NCBI GenBank assembly: GCA_013239625.1
Contig: MU056050.1
Location: forward strand, 2,590,084-2,654,083
Length of the DNA: 64,000 nt
Direction: 5' to 3'
DNA from: Lama guanicoe
Lineage: Eukaryota
In this document: piece after piece, positions 27,999-43,072 of the stretch
Numbering within the stretch: the stretch's first letter is position 1
Layout: every line of letters begins with the position of its first letter
Position numbers and translations under genes: made by a program
Notes under the pieces: generated by a model
The model's input: the letters and a program-made list of their open reading frames with translations, nothing else
Told to the model about the DNA's origin: nothing
Database searches by the model: none

Positions 27999-29479
27999 TA
28001 GTTTTATTTATAAAGTAACCCCTAAGAGGGCACTCTCCTCTCTTCTCCAACCCCCATAAATTACTGGGAATGGGGTGGCATCTTCAGTTTTGGTTCTGTT
28101 CAGGCATACTGTACTTAATTTTCTTATGTTAAACCTACTTGATGACTGTGCCACAGAAAGAGAAGAGGTAGATAGGAATGTTTTGGGTTCTTGAAATATG
28201 TTTTATCAAGGAGGATATTGACAGCAAATTTAAGCAGACTGTTATTTTGGATATGCAGTTCTAAATGACCTTTATGCATGGTCTCTGTTATACATGGTCC
28301 CTACTAGTATAATGGTCCCTACAGGATGATGCTTATTTAACCACACACAAAAAGTTGATTTTTTTTAATGTTTCTGAGTAACTTTAGGCTGAGGCAAATT
28401 ACTTGATCTTTAAATTTTAATGAAATGATTTACAGTTTTAAGACTCACATGATTAATTTTAGAACAGTGATTTTTGGTGTTGATATTGATAAAATCTGAT
28501 TTCTCTTTTGTGCTGAAGGTAAAATTGTTGATATGCTATTATTTGAATATGTGCTTTTTGAGTTTGAATAAGTCATCTAGGCATTAATTGTACTAATAGT
28601 ATTCTAAGCTTTAATAATAGAATATTTTGATTTCTATAAAAGTTTTCTATTTTTTAAGTGTGGGGATATTTTTTCCTTTATTTTCCCAAAAGAATTAAAG
28701 CTGTTATTAAAGATGTACTTCTGCTAAGCCCTCCATTTAAAAATAATAAAATGCAGATAATCTGTAGATTTGATTTTAGATTTGAGGTCACAAAATATGA
28801 ATGTGATCTTACTCTATGAACTTAGGTAGTTTTAATGTTAAGAACTTGAATGGTTAAAGTAAATTAAAACAAGTATGATGGCCTAAGGTGAATAATTTTA
28901 GATCAGGATGACAAACTGGTTGGCTTAAGGTTTGTGGAATAGCTCAGAGCAGAAGATTGGGAATCTCTTTTAAAGAGAGCCAATAGCCACAAATTAAGGT
29001 TTAGTTTTGTGTTACTTTATTATGTAGTAAGCCAGGTCTAAGAAGTAGTCAGGACAAAGCTAAAGAAGGCATCAAATGGTCAGATATTTCAATTAATAAG
29101 TTTTAAGGCAAAGGCAATAAATCTTGTTTCAGGAGCAAGAGTTCAATAACAGAAGGTGCAGATCTGGAGGAACTCTGATAAAAAGTACTTTATTGAGTGA
29201 TATTTTATTCTTTGTACTTTTGACTTTTTAACTAGATCTGTCGTTCATAATCTCACCATTGTCTTTATGATGATATGTAATAGGATAAAAGTAAAGGAAA
29301 TCAAATACTGATAAAACTCTCCAACATTTCTACATGCTGTAGTTTGATAAAAAGCATTTAAGTTCCCTCTCCCTTTAGTTATTGGATAGCTAAGTGACTG
29401 CTGTATGAATCAGAATTTATTTGAAGATGAATCATAATTTCTGAAAAAGATCATTGTACGGGACATTGTAGACTAGTGG

Positions 29480-29705
29480 GATTTGAGAATAGTCTAGAGT
29501 CAAATTACTTTGTTTTAAGTCTTAGTTTAACTACGTATATGAACTGTGTAATTTGAGGCAAATTTCTTAATCTCCCTGAGCTTCAGGTTCTTCATGAATG
29601 AAATGAGGATAACACTAATTTTGAGGCTGTTGTAAGGATTAGGAGGTAATCTGTGAAAAGTACTTAACATATGTAACTGACTGACATATAGTAAGTGTTC
29701 AGACA
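29480..29705 (+). mobile_element. MIR SINE relic
   Basis: ttgaggcaaatttcttaatctccctgagcttcaggttcttcat...gttgtaaggatta. Confidence 0.7.
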
Positions 29706-29848
29706 CGTTGTCATTTGTAGCAGCCGTATTTTTCTTTTCCGTTAGAAGCAGAACAGGCCATCTTATTTTTAATTTCTCTTAATTTGATCTTAAATTATAA
29801 ATTTTTGCATCTGTGAGACTAATTTCAACATTTTCCATTTAAAAATAG

Positions 29849-30000
29849 CTATGAAGTTGATGACAGCTTTGGTGAATGTGGCACTAAATCTTAGCATTAA
29901 TATGGATAATACACAAAGACAGTATGAGGCAGAACGGAATAAAATGATTGGAAAACGAGCCAATGAGAGGTTAGAACTCCTCCTACAAAAGCGGAAAGAG
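29849..30000 (+). CDS. STAG2: STAG2 exon 9, [15 protein letters not shown]...ELLLQKRKE
   Basis: aaatag|CT ... GAG|GTAAAC; 152 nt. Confidence 0.98.
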
Positions 30001-30863
30001 GTAAACTCCTGCACTGAATATTTGAGCAATTAATCTGTGAGCTACTTGGTTACCATTAATTATGACATAACTTTGCTAGTTCATCAGATAAAATTTTTTG
30101 AAACATTTACAATTAAATAACATGTTTCAAGTTGTTTATATGTCTGTCTTATTTTTGTTTACTATCCATGCCAACAATACCTTTTGTGTATATTTTCTTT
30201 CTGTGTTAACTAGGATTAAAAGTTCAAGGCTTAAAGTATGGAGTCCTGGACCAGTCTGAAAAGTTGTTTCATGCTTTAGTGTTACTCATCTCTACTGTGA
30301 AAATATCTCTCCTAGCTTTCTCCCTTGGCTTATTGTCAGCATGAAATGAGGTTTCACTTATGTAAAATCACTTTGAAAAATATTTCATAAGCTATTTATG
30401 GTGTCATAATCTGTATTTTTGTTTCTGTTTTGTTTTTTGTTAGTATAGGCACTTGGTTAACATTAATGACTGACCACCCAATTCAACTTTGAATAAGGAA
30501 AATATTTTTTGAGTTTTATGCTAAATAATAATAATAATTAAATAATTAAATGTGTTTTTGCTTTAAATTCTTCCTTCATTTGTGATACAGTATTTTGCTA
30601 TCTGATGTTGGGGTTTATTTTTATTTCTAATAAGCAAAGTCTGTTTTAAAAATATTAGTAATGCAGTTGAGTTAAAATATCTGCTGTGTTATTCCATGAA
30701 TTACTTACTTGATTTTGACATTTTTTGGGAGGGGTTGTGGTAACTTTAAATTGATTATTTCTGAGATAGCCAATAGCTTTTAAAAATGCCTCTGCTCAAG
30801 AAAAGCCAAAAAAAATCTTAACCATATTTTCTCCATGCCTAAATTCCACATCTTTTTCGTATA

Positions 30864-31097
30864 TAGCTGACCCTTGAACAACACAGGTTTGAACTGTGAA
30901 GATCCACTTACACGTGGATTTTTTTCAGTAGTAAATACTACAGTACTTGCATGATCCATGGTTGATTGAATCTTTGGTTGAGGAACCATGGATACAGAGG
31001 AACTGTGTAGATGGAGGGCTGACTATAAGTTATATTTGGATTTTCAACTTTGCAGAAGGTTGGCACCCCTACCCCCATGTTGTTCAAGGGTCACCTT
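30864..31097. mobile_element. Tigger-family MITE (MER8-like)
   Basis: 16-bp terminal inverted repeats TGACCCTTGAACAACA (30868-30883) and TGTTGTTCAAGGGTCA (31078-31093). Confidence 0.88.
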
Positions 31098-32118
31098 TAG
31101 TTGGAAATGACGAATTGACCTTTTTGCCCCTTAATTCAGTTAATAGATTTCATCAGATGATTTATTAGCTGAACATAATGCATGTCTTAGCCCTTGGAAT
31201 TATGGCCTAATTCTTGGACATAAATTCAAGATTGTGAACATATAATGAGTGGATATAGGTAAGAGGGTTTTGAGATTAAAATTCTTGTACAGATATAAGA
31301 TATGACAACTTCTAGGTTAGGGTTGAGATTTTATACACATTGGAAGGCCACCTATGCCTTTGACCTGACTGTGCTAATGAATACAAGTGTGTGCCTTTGT
31401 TAGAATTGTTGGAAATGCAAGATTATATTTATGAAAAGGAAAAAAAATTATACAGAAACACTGAATATAATCTAAAAGCTAATTGATACTTAGATTGTGA
31501 AAGATTTTTCTTGTAACTTTTAAGTTCTGAAACAGTTACTCTTAACTCTCAAGCTCTGAAATGAAAATACATGGGAGTAGATGTCAACTTAGATTTGAAA
31601 TGTTTATTTGATTACTTGAAGTGAGTCTTGTTTCCCTCAAAAATATTTAGCAGGGAAACAGATTTCTTACCAAGTTGTTTTACTCAAATTCCTTTTCTTG
31701 GAGCAGGCACTAGTTAACACGACTTATTTTTCAGGTGATAAAGACCAAGATAATGAAATTGTTACACTTTTTTGATATGAACATATATGTTGTATAATAG
31801 ATACGTATGGCAATAAAGTACTTAAGAGATTTCTTTACATATATTTATACAGTGAAAATATGAGAGCATATGAAAATATTAATTACCAGGTAAACATTAA
31901 AAGTCAACTACATATATTCCAGGTATCAAGGGACTTTAGCTACCTGATATACAACAGCTATTAATTTTTCCATGAGGATAATTTTGTCTAGTGGAATTAA
32001 AAGTTAGATGTAACCACCACAACACTGGAGAAACCTGCGTTTTTGCTTGTAATGATTTTTAGATGTTCTTTTGGTTGTCTTCCATTACAATTAAAAATAA
32101 ATGATGCATTCTTTTTAG

Positions 32119-32192
32119 CTTCAAGAAAATCAAGATGAAATAGAAAATATGATGAATGCAATATTTAAGGGAGTGTTTGTACATAGATACCG
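32119..32192 (+). CDS. STAG2: STAG2 exon 10, LQENQDEIENMMNAIFKGVFVHRY(R)
   Basis: ttttag|CTT ... CG|GTAAGT; 74 nt. Confidence 0.98.
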
Positions 32193-33251
32193 GTAAGTCA
32201 GGACAGTTTTTTCTGTGTAATTCTTACTCTCTTCAAGTTTGGATATGTACTGGTTTAGCAGTATAAATTTAGTGGAAACAGTGTTAGAGTAAGATCAGTG
32301 TTCTCTTCCACAGATTGAGACACTTGAGGCAAGTTACTTAACTGCTCTCAACTTTGTTTCCTTTCTGAAAAATGGCATAATGTTGTACTTGACTTATAGA
32401 TGCCCAGCAGATGGAAGCTACTGCTATTATTAGGAGTCAGGGTACAGAGTACTTAAATGCTTTTGGATGTACTGTGTTAAAAAGAGGCTCTGTATTCTGA
32501 TTCTTAACTCTTCTCTTCCATTGAATATCAGTGGGGAAATCTGGATAGGTTTAAGTGAGATGTTTCCTTTATTTTGAATGAGCAGAGGAAAGAAATAGGT
32601 AATCTTACCACCATTTCTGCTGTAAGCTGTTCTTTAAATGTTGGTGGCATTTTTATTCAACTTCTCTGTCATTTCCTCAACTTGGCAGTTACTGAATCCA
32701 GTTAATACTTCCTTTGTAATATCCCTTTGTCCATTCTACTTTTTTATTTCTATTGTCACCATTACCTTAGTCTATTCCCTCATCATTCTCATGCCTAGAG
32801 ATTTTTGCAGTTGTCTTACAGTGTTCTTTTGTTGTATTATTCCTCTGCTCAGAAGCCTTGAATGACTCACCAGTACCTAGAGGATGAATTCAAAATAATT
32901 TAGTCTGACATTCAGATCCGGATTGAGCTTGGCCTCAATATTATGTGTAACTAATTCTCACCTGGAAAATTATGCTCTAACTAGACTAGTGTTCCTGCTG
33001 TCTTCTGAGCACACCATGCCCAGCAGATGTGAGCAAAGGCTGGGGTATGGTATGGTATAAAAGGTGGCCATCGGGTTTTGTTTGTAGTTTTATTTAACTT
33101 TAAATATTTATATAGTGATAATTATGCTTTGACAACTGACTCTAAGTTCTTGGCATTCAGGGGCCATGCTTCAGTTCTACTGTTAAATCTATAGTAATAC
33201 TTAAGATAGTGGTATATTCATAGTAGGTATGAAGTGTTTGGCATCACTTAA

Positions 33252-33506
<255 letters not shown>

Positions 33507-34230
33507 TAGTGAGTTACTTGCAGAGGTATACTTGGGAGCACATTGCTATAGGCCTCTCTCCTTATTCTTTCTGTCTGCCTCATGAAGGTATGGTCTCTAT
33601 CACATAAAGTCCCCTGGATTTTTGAATCTTTGCTACTGATTTAGCCTTCAGCCTTGAATCAATTTTTGTACTGAAACATTAGAATCATGTAGATGGTGGT
33701 GGTCGTGGTAAGGCATTTCTTAGAGAAGAGTTCTTACTCTGTTAATATGTAAGTGCTATGTATTTTTAAAAATTTCTTCAATTTTTATTCTCTTGATAAT
33801 GTCTATCTTAGCCAGAGTATAAGTTACAACTTGGCCTCTAATTAAAAAAATTTTTTAAAAATTAATTTACCCTTCTCTTAGGCTGACTCTTCACACTAGC
33901 CTTGAAGTTCTTTGTATGTTTCCCTTATAAATATTATTTTCTGTAAAGGAAAACTTACTGTGAAATAAGCTACTGTCATCTTTCGTAATAGTATTGCTCT
34001 GAACAAGTCTTCAAAAAATTTTCATTTGACCTACAGTAATAGTAACCCCAAAGGTATTTAGTCTTAAATGTATGTGTTGATTCCTATTTTTACACTATCA
34101 AAGATGAGAGTTTTTGAAGAGATGCTATTGTATAGAACATATGTAAAGTAGAAAATACTGTATATATCTTAAGTGTTCGGATTGGAAATATGCAAGGTTT
34201 TAATGCATTTTCTCCTCTTGTTTCATTCAG

Positions 34231-34329
34231 CAAGGTGAGGTAAGACTCAAATGCCTCACTGCTCTACAAGGGCTTTATTATAACAAAGAGCTTAATTCCA
34301 AACTGGAGCTATTTACCAGTCGGTTCAAG
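34231..34329 (+). CDS. STAG2: STAG2 exon 12, [33 protein letters not shown]
   Basis: ttcag|CAA ... AAG|GTTAGT; 99 nt. Confidence 0.98.
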
Positions 34330-34425
34330 GTTAGTACTACTTTAAGTATTTAAAAATTACCTATTATTTGAAAATATTTTTCTCTTGTTTTCCCTTTAAA
34401 AATATTTTAATTTTTTTGTCCTTAG

Positions 34426-34505
34426 GATAGAATTGTGTCTATGACCCTTGACAAAGAATATGATGTTGCAGTACAAGCAATAAAATTACTCACTCTTGTT
34501 TTACA
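34426..34505 (+). CDS. STAG2: STAG2 exon 13, DRIVSMTLDKEYDVAVQAIKLLTLVL(Q)
   Basis: cttag|GAT ... CA|GTAAGT; 80 nt; preceded by a 96-nt intron. Confidence 0.98.
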
Positions 34506-34899
34506 GTAAGTATTTACTGCACATTGTCGATGTCCAGATATCTAAATGATACATTAGAGTACTTGGTTTAAATTTATCTAGATCTAAATTTTAATAACTT
34601 GGGGTTTTACAGGTAGAATTTTAATTTTCTCATGTAAAGTTGAGAAAACAGGAAGCGAGAGCCATTGGACTAGAAAATTCTAACTGAGCTATGAATTCAT
34701 GTGTTTTTGTTCTCTTGGCCAGTTTCCTTTCAATTTTACTGTCTTCAGATGCTCTTGAAATAAAGTTAAACACGTGAGTGTATTAAATATGCTCATATTT
34801 TGTCACACTTTTAGAAATTTGTCACACTTTACTGAAACTTCTCTATAAACAATCTGAATTTAAAACATTCTAAAATGTAGGAGTGATGCAATTCACTTT

Positions 34900-35308
34900 T
34901 TTCCTTTTTAAAAACATGTATAAGTGTACAGCTCAGTGACATTAAGTACATTCATATTTCTGTGCAGCCATCACCATTATCCATCTCCAGAACTTTTTTT
35001 TTATCATCCCATACTGATACTCTGTAGCTGTTAAACACTAAATCCCATTCTTGTCTCCTCCCAAACCCTGGTGACCACTCTTCTACTTTTTATCTCTGAG
35101 TTTAGGTACCTCATATGAGTGAAATTATACACCATTTGTCCTTTTATATCAAGCTTATTTCACTTAGCATAATGTCTTCAGAGTTCATGTGGTAACGTAT
35201 CAGAATTTCATTCCTTTTGAGATTCAGTATATTTCATTATATTCCATTGTATGTGTATACCACGTTTTATTTATTCAGCCATCCATCAGTGGACATTTAG
35301 GTTGTTAA
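34900..35308 (-). mobile_element. L1 3'-end fragment
   Basis: aagtgtacagctcagtgacattaagtacattca...ggtacctcatatgagtgaaattat...cttatttcacttagcataatgtc. Confidence 0.85.
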
Positions 35309-35329
35309 TGTGATCCAAATAATAATTGC

Positions 35330-36320
35330 AAAGGGTATTTTTAAAAAATCATAGCATGCTAATTCTGATGTTCATGGAAAATTCATCATGTAAAAGTATC
35401 TGGCAAAATTCTGTTAAAACCTTATGAGACGATTGCCCAGTATGATTTTAAGTCATATTTTAAAACCATAGTAACTTTAAAATTTTGTTACTGGTGTGAG
35501 AATAGACAGAAATCTGTGGCACAGAATAAAGACTAGAGACAAACATAAATGCATCCAGGAACCTAGTATAGGGTAAGGGTGGTTTCTTATCAGAAAATAA
35601 TTGGTTTTGTGATAACTAGGTTCTCTTTGGGGGGGAAATTAAATTGGATTCCTGTTACACTCCTAATACAGAAATAATTTTCAGATGGATGAAATGTTTA
35701 AATGTAAATAAACCATTAAAGTGCTAGATGAAAACTTAGGGAAGATTTAAACATTTTAATTTTATATGTATATTCAGCAAGATCTTTCTGAGCATGACAT
35801 AAAACCCAGACATTAAAAAATTATTGAGTTTTAACTACATAAAAAACTAAAAATGTATATATGACATAAAATATCATAAACTCGGAAAAGAAATGACAGA
35901 GTGGGCAAAATATTTGCATCATAGGAGTCACTTTCAATAAATCAATAGAAGGAACAGAAACCCAACAGGAACAGTCTAAAGTTAGGAACCAGATCATTGA
36001 CAGAAAAGAAAATAAAAATTTAAACATATGAAAAGATGCTTAGCCACACTTAGAGACACGTATATTAAAGTGAGAATTTTTTGTCTGTATCTTGACAAAG
36101 ATACAAAAGTGTTTGGTAATATACTACATTGCTGAGGCTATGCAAAAACAGGCCCTTATACATTATCAATGGGACTATAAATTGGTGTAACCTCTTTGGA
36201 GAGAAGCTTGAGAATATCTATTCAAAATTTAAAATGCTCACATTCTCTAACATAGCACTGTTTGCAATAGGATTTTGGAAATATCCTAGATGATTATTAA
36301 TAGAGGAAGAATTAAATTAA
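35330..36320 (+). mobile_element. Very old sense L1 (L1ME-like) ORF2-region relic
   Basis: atgaaaagatgcttagcc, gggactataaattggtgtaacctctttggag, catagcactgtttgcaatag. Confidence 0.65.
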
Positions 36321-37723
36321 CGTATATAGTAATAAATAATACAAGCACCTAGTATGGGTTATCTCATTTAATGTATCAGTCCTGTGAGATGGCGGTTGTT
36401 AACTCCATTTGTATTAAATGGATTACATTTGCAGTCATTATAAAGAAAGCAGCTCTAGACACACTGACATTTTCTGAGAATTTGCTTAACTAGGAGGATT
36501 TTGAGCAGTTTGAACTATTGCATTTTTATTTAATTTTAAATTGGATTTAAAAATTACAAATTATTATATGCCAATGTTATAAAAATTCTGAAAGAATCCT
36601 GTAATAAATAAGAAAATAATGGTACTCTATCGATTTTTCTGTGGCTTCTCCCCTCTTCTTCTATAATACCCTGTGGACATCTTTTGTTTGTTTTCTGGTA
36701 TTTTAATGAGGGGTAATAAGGCATTTTTGCTGATCAGTCATGTATATACCTAATAACTGAAACTTGTCAGGAACATTCCTTATCGGTTATAGTGAGTGAA
36801 CACATTTACTATAATTTATGAAACTATACAAGTGGTTTTTCAGAAAACAATTCAGTATTATACATAGAGTTAATTTAAATCAAAGTGCTTTTGCAACTTC
36901 TAATATTTTGGTTTTGTTTCTCTCAAAAAGAAATAATATTTCCTTAGATATGAGACTTGTAGAAACCTTGTGCATGGCAGAAAACCAAAAAGGATCTGAA
37001 CTCCTTAACTAACCATTTAAAATATACTTAGGCTTTTTTCTCTGATGGTGGTCCTGTGGTTCTTAATTTACATATAATGGTAAAAACCTAGACTGTTTAT
37101 CTCACAGGCTAAAAACATATTAGGAGGGAAAGTGGGGCCAGAGGACAGGACTTTGAATGCAGAGTCTACAAAGGAAGAACCCAACAAGGTTTATCCTGGG
37201 GTACTGTGGTTGATGGGCCTAATAATGACTTTGATTTACCAAGAAGATTTTGTTAGGTTTATTTTATTCTTTTAAAATGAGATCAGGAAAATGAGCACTA
37301 CATTTTAGTAAGATTTTTCCAGTGATTGTAATTAAAGGTCTTTGGCACTTAAATTTTAGTTATTTGGAAAAATCCATTTGCATTGCCTTATATGGTGTTT
37401 TGTACATGGCAAATGAAGTATTATTCATGTTAGTTTATATTATTTTGTCTTCGTTTCCCTTTAATATACTTATCTTACTGTTATTTCTCTTCAGCATATA
37501 TTCTTTATATTCAGTATTCCCTCTAATTTTATCTCCCATTGATCTTAGATGTTAACAAAATACTCAGCTCTTTTGTAAGGGCAAGCTTTTACTGATAGAT
37601 GATAATCAAATAAGGTTGATTTCTTCTTAAAACAAGTTTTTAAGAAGAAGTGTTTCTTTTAAACTCAAGTTAGTGGAAATGTACTATTTTTTAATGTATG
37701 AGTTTTTGTACTCAGTATGCTGA

Positions 37724-37873
<150 letters not shown>

Positions 37874-38803
37874 TAAATCTATATTTCTGTTGTACATTTT
37901 CTAAAGTATACTTTAATGATAGTAATTTGTGTTATAATTTATATTAAAACTATATAAATATAACTTAATTGAAAATTATTCAGTACAGGTCATAAGCCTA
38001 TTTTTGCTTTGCAAAAAAAAAGTATTTTGAAAATACTAAAAGGTTTTATTTCAAGTACTTGATAACAGTTTGGTATAAGAACTGCAAGAACCCTTTAATC
38101 TCTTTTACTTTTATGTTGCTGTGTAACAAACACCTCAGATTAGGTAGTATAGATAGCAATGTGAATATCTGATCACTGAAAATGTTCAGCAGATGTTATG
38201 CGAGGATTTTAAAGAGAACAATTTGAACACATGGACTAAACTGTATTTTTGAAAAATTTTATAAAATGACCATTTGGGTGAAGCATTTATTAGAGTAAAT
38301 GATATGAAACATTTACACTACTGTTCTATTCATTGTGACATGGCGATAACTTTGTTGCTGTTTATAAGGGAAAAATGACCATGTTATCCATAGAAAGAGA
38401 CCACTAAGTTCAGACTTCGGAATAATTGGTGCAAGAAGGATAGAAGGAAAACATTTTATTTTTAAAGAGAAGAATATTTACCATGGATTTATTTGCATAA
38501 GTGGTATAGGTTAGTCATTGTGATACTTTTATGAAAAGAAATGGTTGCGTAAAATGCAGTAAGATTTTGAAAAAGAAATAATTTAGAATGCAGTGCCATT
38601 AACTTGAGAAGTTAATTTAAGAGGATTTAGGAGTACCATCAAATGTGAAATGAAAAAGGTTTATAGCAGTTATTTACTTGGGTATAATGTTGGACAATAT
38701 TGTACCTACCCAGCTCCCATTTACTCCTCCCATTACTCCTTTGTTAAGTATGGAATCCAGTTTTTTAAATAAGGAATTTTGTTTTGCTTTGTTTTAAAAG
38801 TAA

Positions 38804-38941
<138 letters not shown>

Positions 38942-39114
38942 TGATGTTGTTCATTTTATACTTAAGTTCAAAACAATTTGGAGATGCGGTTAAATGATGT
39001 GAATTTTAAAATCTTCCGAACATCACAGCAAGTGTTGGATAGAATAGAGTTCTACTAATACCACACCAAAAAAAATTTTTTTTTCTACTTTAGTAAGAAA
39101 CGAATAGTATGATT

Positions 39115-39335
39115 TATATGTAGTGCTAAGAGTATGAATTTTGGAGTCAGAAAAACCTGATTACCAATTGGGCTCCTCTACTTCTTATTTGTATAATCTT
39201 GATTCAGTTACTTAATCTTTTCTTGTAAAAATATGGTTAATAATTTCTTAGGAAACACTGAGATAATCCATAAACTATTAACACAGACCTAGCATTTTGT
39301 TAGTTCTCAATATTTGGTACCTGTGATTATTACTG
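39115..39335 (+). mobile_element. MIR SINE relic
   Basis: gtagtgctaagagtatgaattttggagtcaga...gttacttaatc. Confidence 0.65.
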
Positions 39336-39479
39336 TTATTGTAGATACAGATTTACAATTAACATCAGCTTTTTTACATTTCCCTCAGGTTGACAACCTA
39401 CTTACCTGTTAACCAGGATTTGAGAGGGCCTACCATATATTTTTGGTGTTTGTGTATTATTTAATCAGTGTTAGGGCCT

Positions 39480-40205
39480 TTTAATTAAATTTTCTAATTG
39501 TTTCCCTATATAGAAATACAATTTGGTTTTGCATATTGACCTCCTACTTGAAATTTTGGTGAATTCAGTTATTTTAATAAGTTTTAAATAATATTGTTAG
39601 GATTTTCTGTGGTATACAATCAAGTCATTTGCAAATAATGATAATTTTATTTCTTCCTTTCTTACATTTATGCCATTTTTTTCCCAGCCTTATTGTACTG
39701 GCTAGGAGATCCAGTATAATGGTGAGAGTGGATATCTTTGGACTGTTTCTGCTCTTAGGGGAAAGCATCCAATATTTCAACATTAATTATGTTGTTAGTT
39801 ATAGGTGTTGTGTATCCGCTTATCGTATTGAGGTTCTTTCCTTCCACCCCTTCTTTTGCTGAGAAGTTTTATCATGAATGGATGTTAAATTCTGTCCAAT
39901 GCTTTTTCTTCTTCCCTTGAGATGATTATTTTATCTTTCATTATGCTACTGTGATGAATTATGTTGATTAATTTTTCAAATGTTGAACCAACCTTGCATT
40001 CCTAGAATAACCCCTGCTTAGTCGTGATCTGTTATCCTTTTTGTCTATTGCTGGTTTCAGTTTGCTTATTTTTTGAGAATACTTCCTCTATGTTTATGCA
40101 GGGTGTTGGTATGTGTGTGTGTATGTATATATTTATTTAATTGCAATGTCTTTCACAGGTTTTGGTATTATGGTAATGTTTCTCCACTAAAGTGAGTTGG
40201 GAAGC
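39480..40205 (-). mobile_element. Degenerate L1 ORF2 relic
   Basis: cttaggggaaagcatcc, ttgctgagaagttttatcatgaatggatgtt, gttgaaccaaccttgcattcct. Confidence 0.8.
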
Positions 40206-40366
40206 TCTAGGGCCTTTTTAAGCTTCACAGAATGAAGAGAAATGATTTGCCTATATGTTGAATTGATAAGTAAACATGTATTTTATGTTTTAAGTAACCA
40301 TATCACTCCCAATTATAATAAATTCATAGTATATTTTATAATCAAGAATAGTTAATTCATGTAATA

Positions 40367-40670
40367 CAGTCAGCCCTCCATATCCATGGGTTTTGCATCT
40401 GGGGAGTCAACCAATCGTGGATTGGAAATTTTTTTTTAAAAAAAGTCATCAAGCAAAACTCGAATTTGCTGTGTACTGGTAACTATTTATATAGCATTTA
40501 CATTGTATTAGGTATTTTAAGTAATCTAGAGATAATTTAAAATACGTGAAAAGATGTGCATAGGTTATATGCAAATACTACACCATTTTATATAAGGAAC
40601 TTGAGCATCTTTGGAAAATCTAAAGGGGGTCCTAGAACCAATCCCCCTTCCCTATACAAAGGGATGACTG
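40367..40670. mobile_element. Tigger-family MER2-like element
   Basis: TA-flanked; ends CAGTCAGCCCTCC...AGGGATGACTG; internal gtgcataggttatatgcaaatactacaccattttatataagg. Confidence 0.85.
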
Positions 40671-40950
40671 TATTGAGTCTAAATAGGTACTAAATATGCA
40701 TGCATATAATCTTTTCAAAAAACAATTTTCATGTTTATGATTTAATGATTATTTTGAGAAAGGTTACTACCTAATAAGGTTTACTTATACACAACAAGCT
40801 AAGGGAGTTTTTCTCTGTCCTTTCTTCCATTTGACCTCAAAAAACAGATTGCTATTTGAGTTTGTACATGGTGCCAACAAAGCTTCCATTCTTTTAATTA
40901 CGGCTAGTATGCTGTTTGTCTAAGAGCACATTGCTCTTTTTAAATTCTAG

Positions 40951-41079
<129 letters not shown>

Positions 41080-41426
41080 TAATTAACGGTATTTTTGTTG
41101 TCTTGATAATCTTGAAAATAGATTTACAATTGTTTCACAATTATTCACATGGATATTATGCTATGTAGAAAGATGTGGTTGCGGTCAATATTCTTTATTT
41201 TGTTCTATTGTATTTTATTTTTTGTGTCTGTTTATATTTTCATTTTGCAAACTGTGGAGCAATGGTGTACAGATTTGTAACATTTAGGAAGGTTTAACTT
41301 GTTCTGATCCGTTCTGTGATATAGTAATGGGGTTTTCTTTAGTACATTAGGTCAGATTCTGTCACAGGCAGAAGGAGCTGTTATGTAATAATTATAAGTG
41401 GCATATAGGGAAAAGAAATAGGTTAA

Positions 41427-41639
<213 letters not shown>

Positions 41640-42608
41640 TAACCAAATTTTGAATCTTAAATTTTATTTTTCAGATGATCTTTGCTTACAAATATATGTT
41701 AGAAGTAAATTTTAAAGCATTAGCAATTTGTGAAATTGAGTTTCTTCCATAAGATACTTTGTTGGTAAACTATAGGAGATACAATGATTGACAGTCCCTG
41801 CCTTCAAGACTGAATGTGGTGCACCATTTTAGAATGGTGTGTTCGTATGTTTTAGTTTACTTATAGATTTGCTTTCTTTTTTAAAAATAAAAGTTGGAAA
41901 TAAAAATAGGATAAGTATTCATTAAAATGGGGGAAGTTCCTATTTCCTGGAATTAGATTTTAAGGCATCATTGCAAAGTTCGCATATATTTTGTATTGTA
42001 GGCCGACAGTTGCACAAGTATTCAAACTTTGATTGTGAAGCACAAAAATACAGTTTTATATTGTGACCTAGTACACATCTATATATATGTATTTGTGTAT
42101 AACTGAAACAGAATTTTATCAACAATATGGAAACTTATATGATGCATTCTGTTTTCTTTTGTTTTCTTTCTGTGTTTCTTTCCCTTATTTTTCTGATGGC
42201 TGGTAGTAACCTATTATTATGTTGAATTGGTAACCCATGGATCATGGCCCAGCTTATAGTAGGCTAAAATGTTATTCAGTCACATTATTACATAAGCTCC
42301 TAAGCTACATTTCCTATTCCTAACTACCTCTTCTTTCATCCAAAGGTAAAGTTGGTTAATCTAATTGGGTATTGATTTTGCCTCTAGAACTATTTGAACT
42401 ATTCAAAGTGTTTTTGTTATTATTTTTTTAAGTAATGTGCAGGTTACTCTGTCACTTCTGGATTTCAAGTTTTACAGTAGAAATTTTTGTATCATTTAAA
42501 ATGTCATTTTATTACTTGTTTTGTATAGCCTATCTTAATCTTGAGCACCTGAAGTGTTAATGGGCTTATTAATAAATACTGCTTAGAAACTTTCTTGTGT
42601 TACTTTAG

Positions 42609-42731
<123 letters not shown>

Positions 42732-42812
42732 TAAGATATTACAAGGTTTGTTTGGAAGTGCCACACAGGATTTTATCATAATATTTACTTACCATCATTG
42801 TGATGTTTTTGA

Positions 42813-42965
<153 letters not shown>

Positions 42966-43072
42966 TAGAGGAGGGTAATAGCTCAGTGGTAGAATACATG
43001 CTTAGCATGCACAAGGTCATAGGTTCAATCACCAGTACCTCCACTAGAAGAAAAAAAAGGAAAAAAAAGAAA
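42966..43072 (+). mobile_element. tRNA-derived SINE, sense orientation
   Basis: A box TAGCTCAGTGG 42979-42989, B-box-like GGTTCAATCAC 43022-43032, A-rich tail, TSD CTTGAAGAAG at 42956-42965 and 43073-43082. Confidence 0.9.

Noticed and set aside
37980..38700. Possible DNA-transposon transposase relic in intron 14
   Set aside because: Could not identify TIRs or a translatable motif; needs a Dfam search
42975..43045. tRNA-like sequence with A and B boxes
   Set aside because: A tail, TSD, diverged paralogous copies and no proper cloverleaf show it is a SINE, not a tRNA gene
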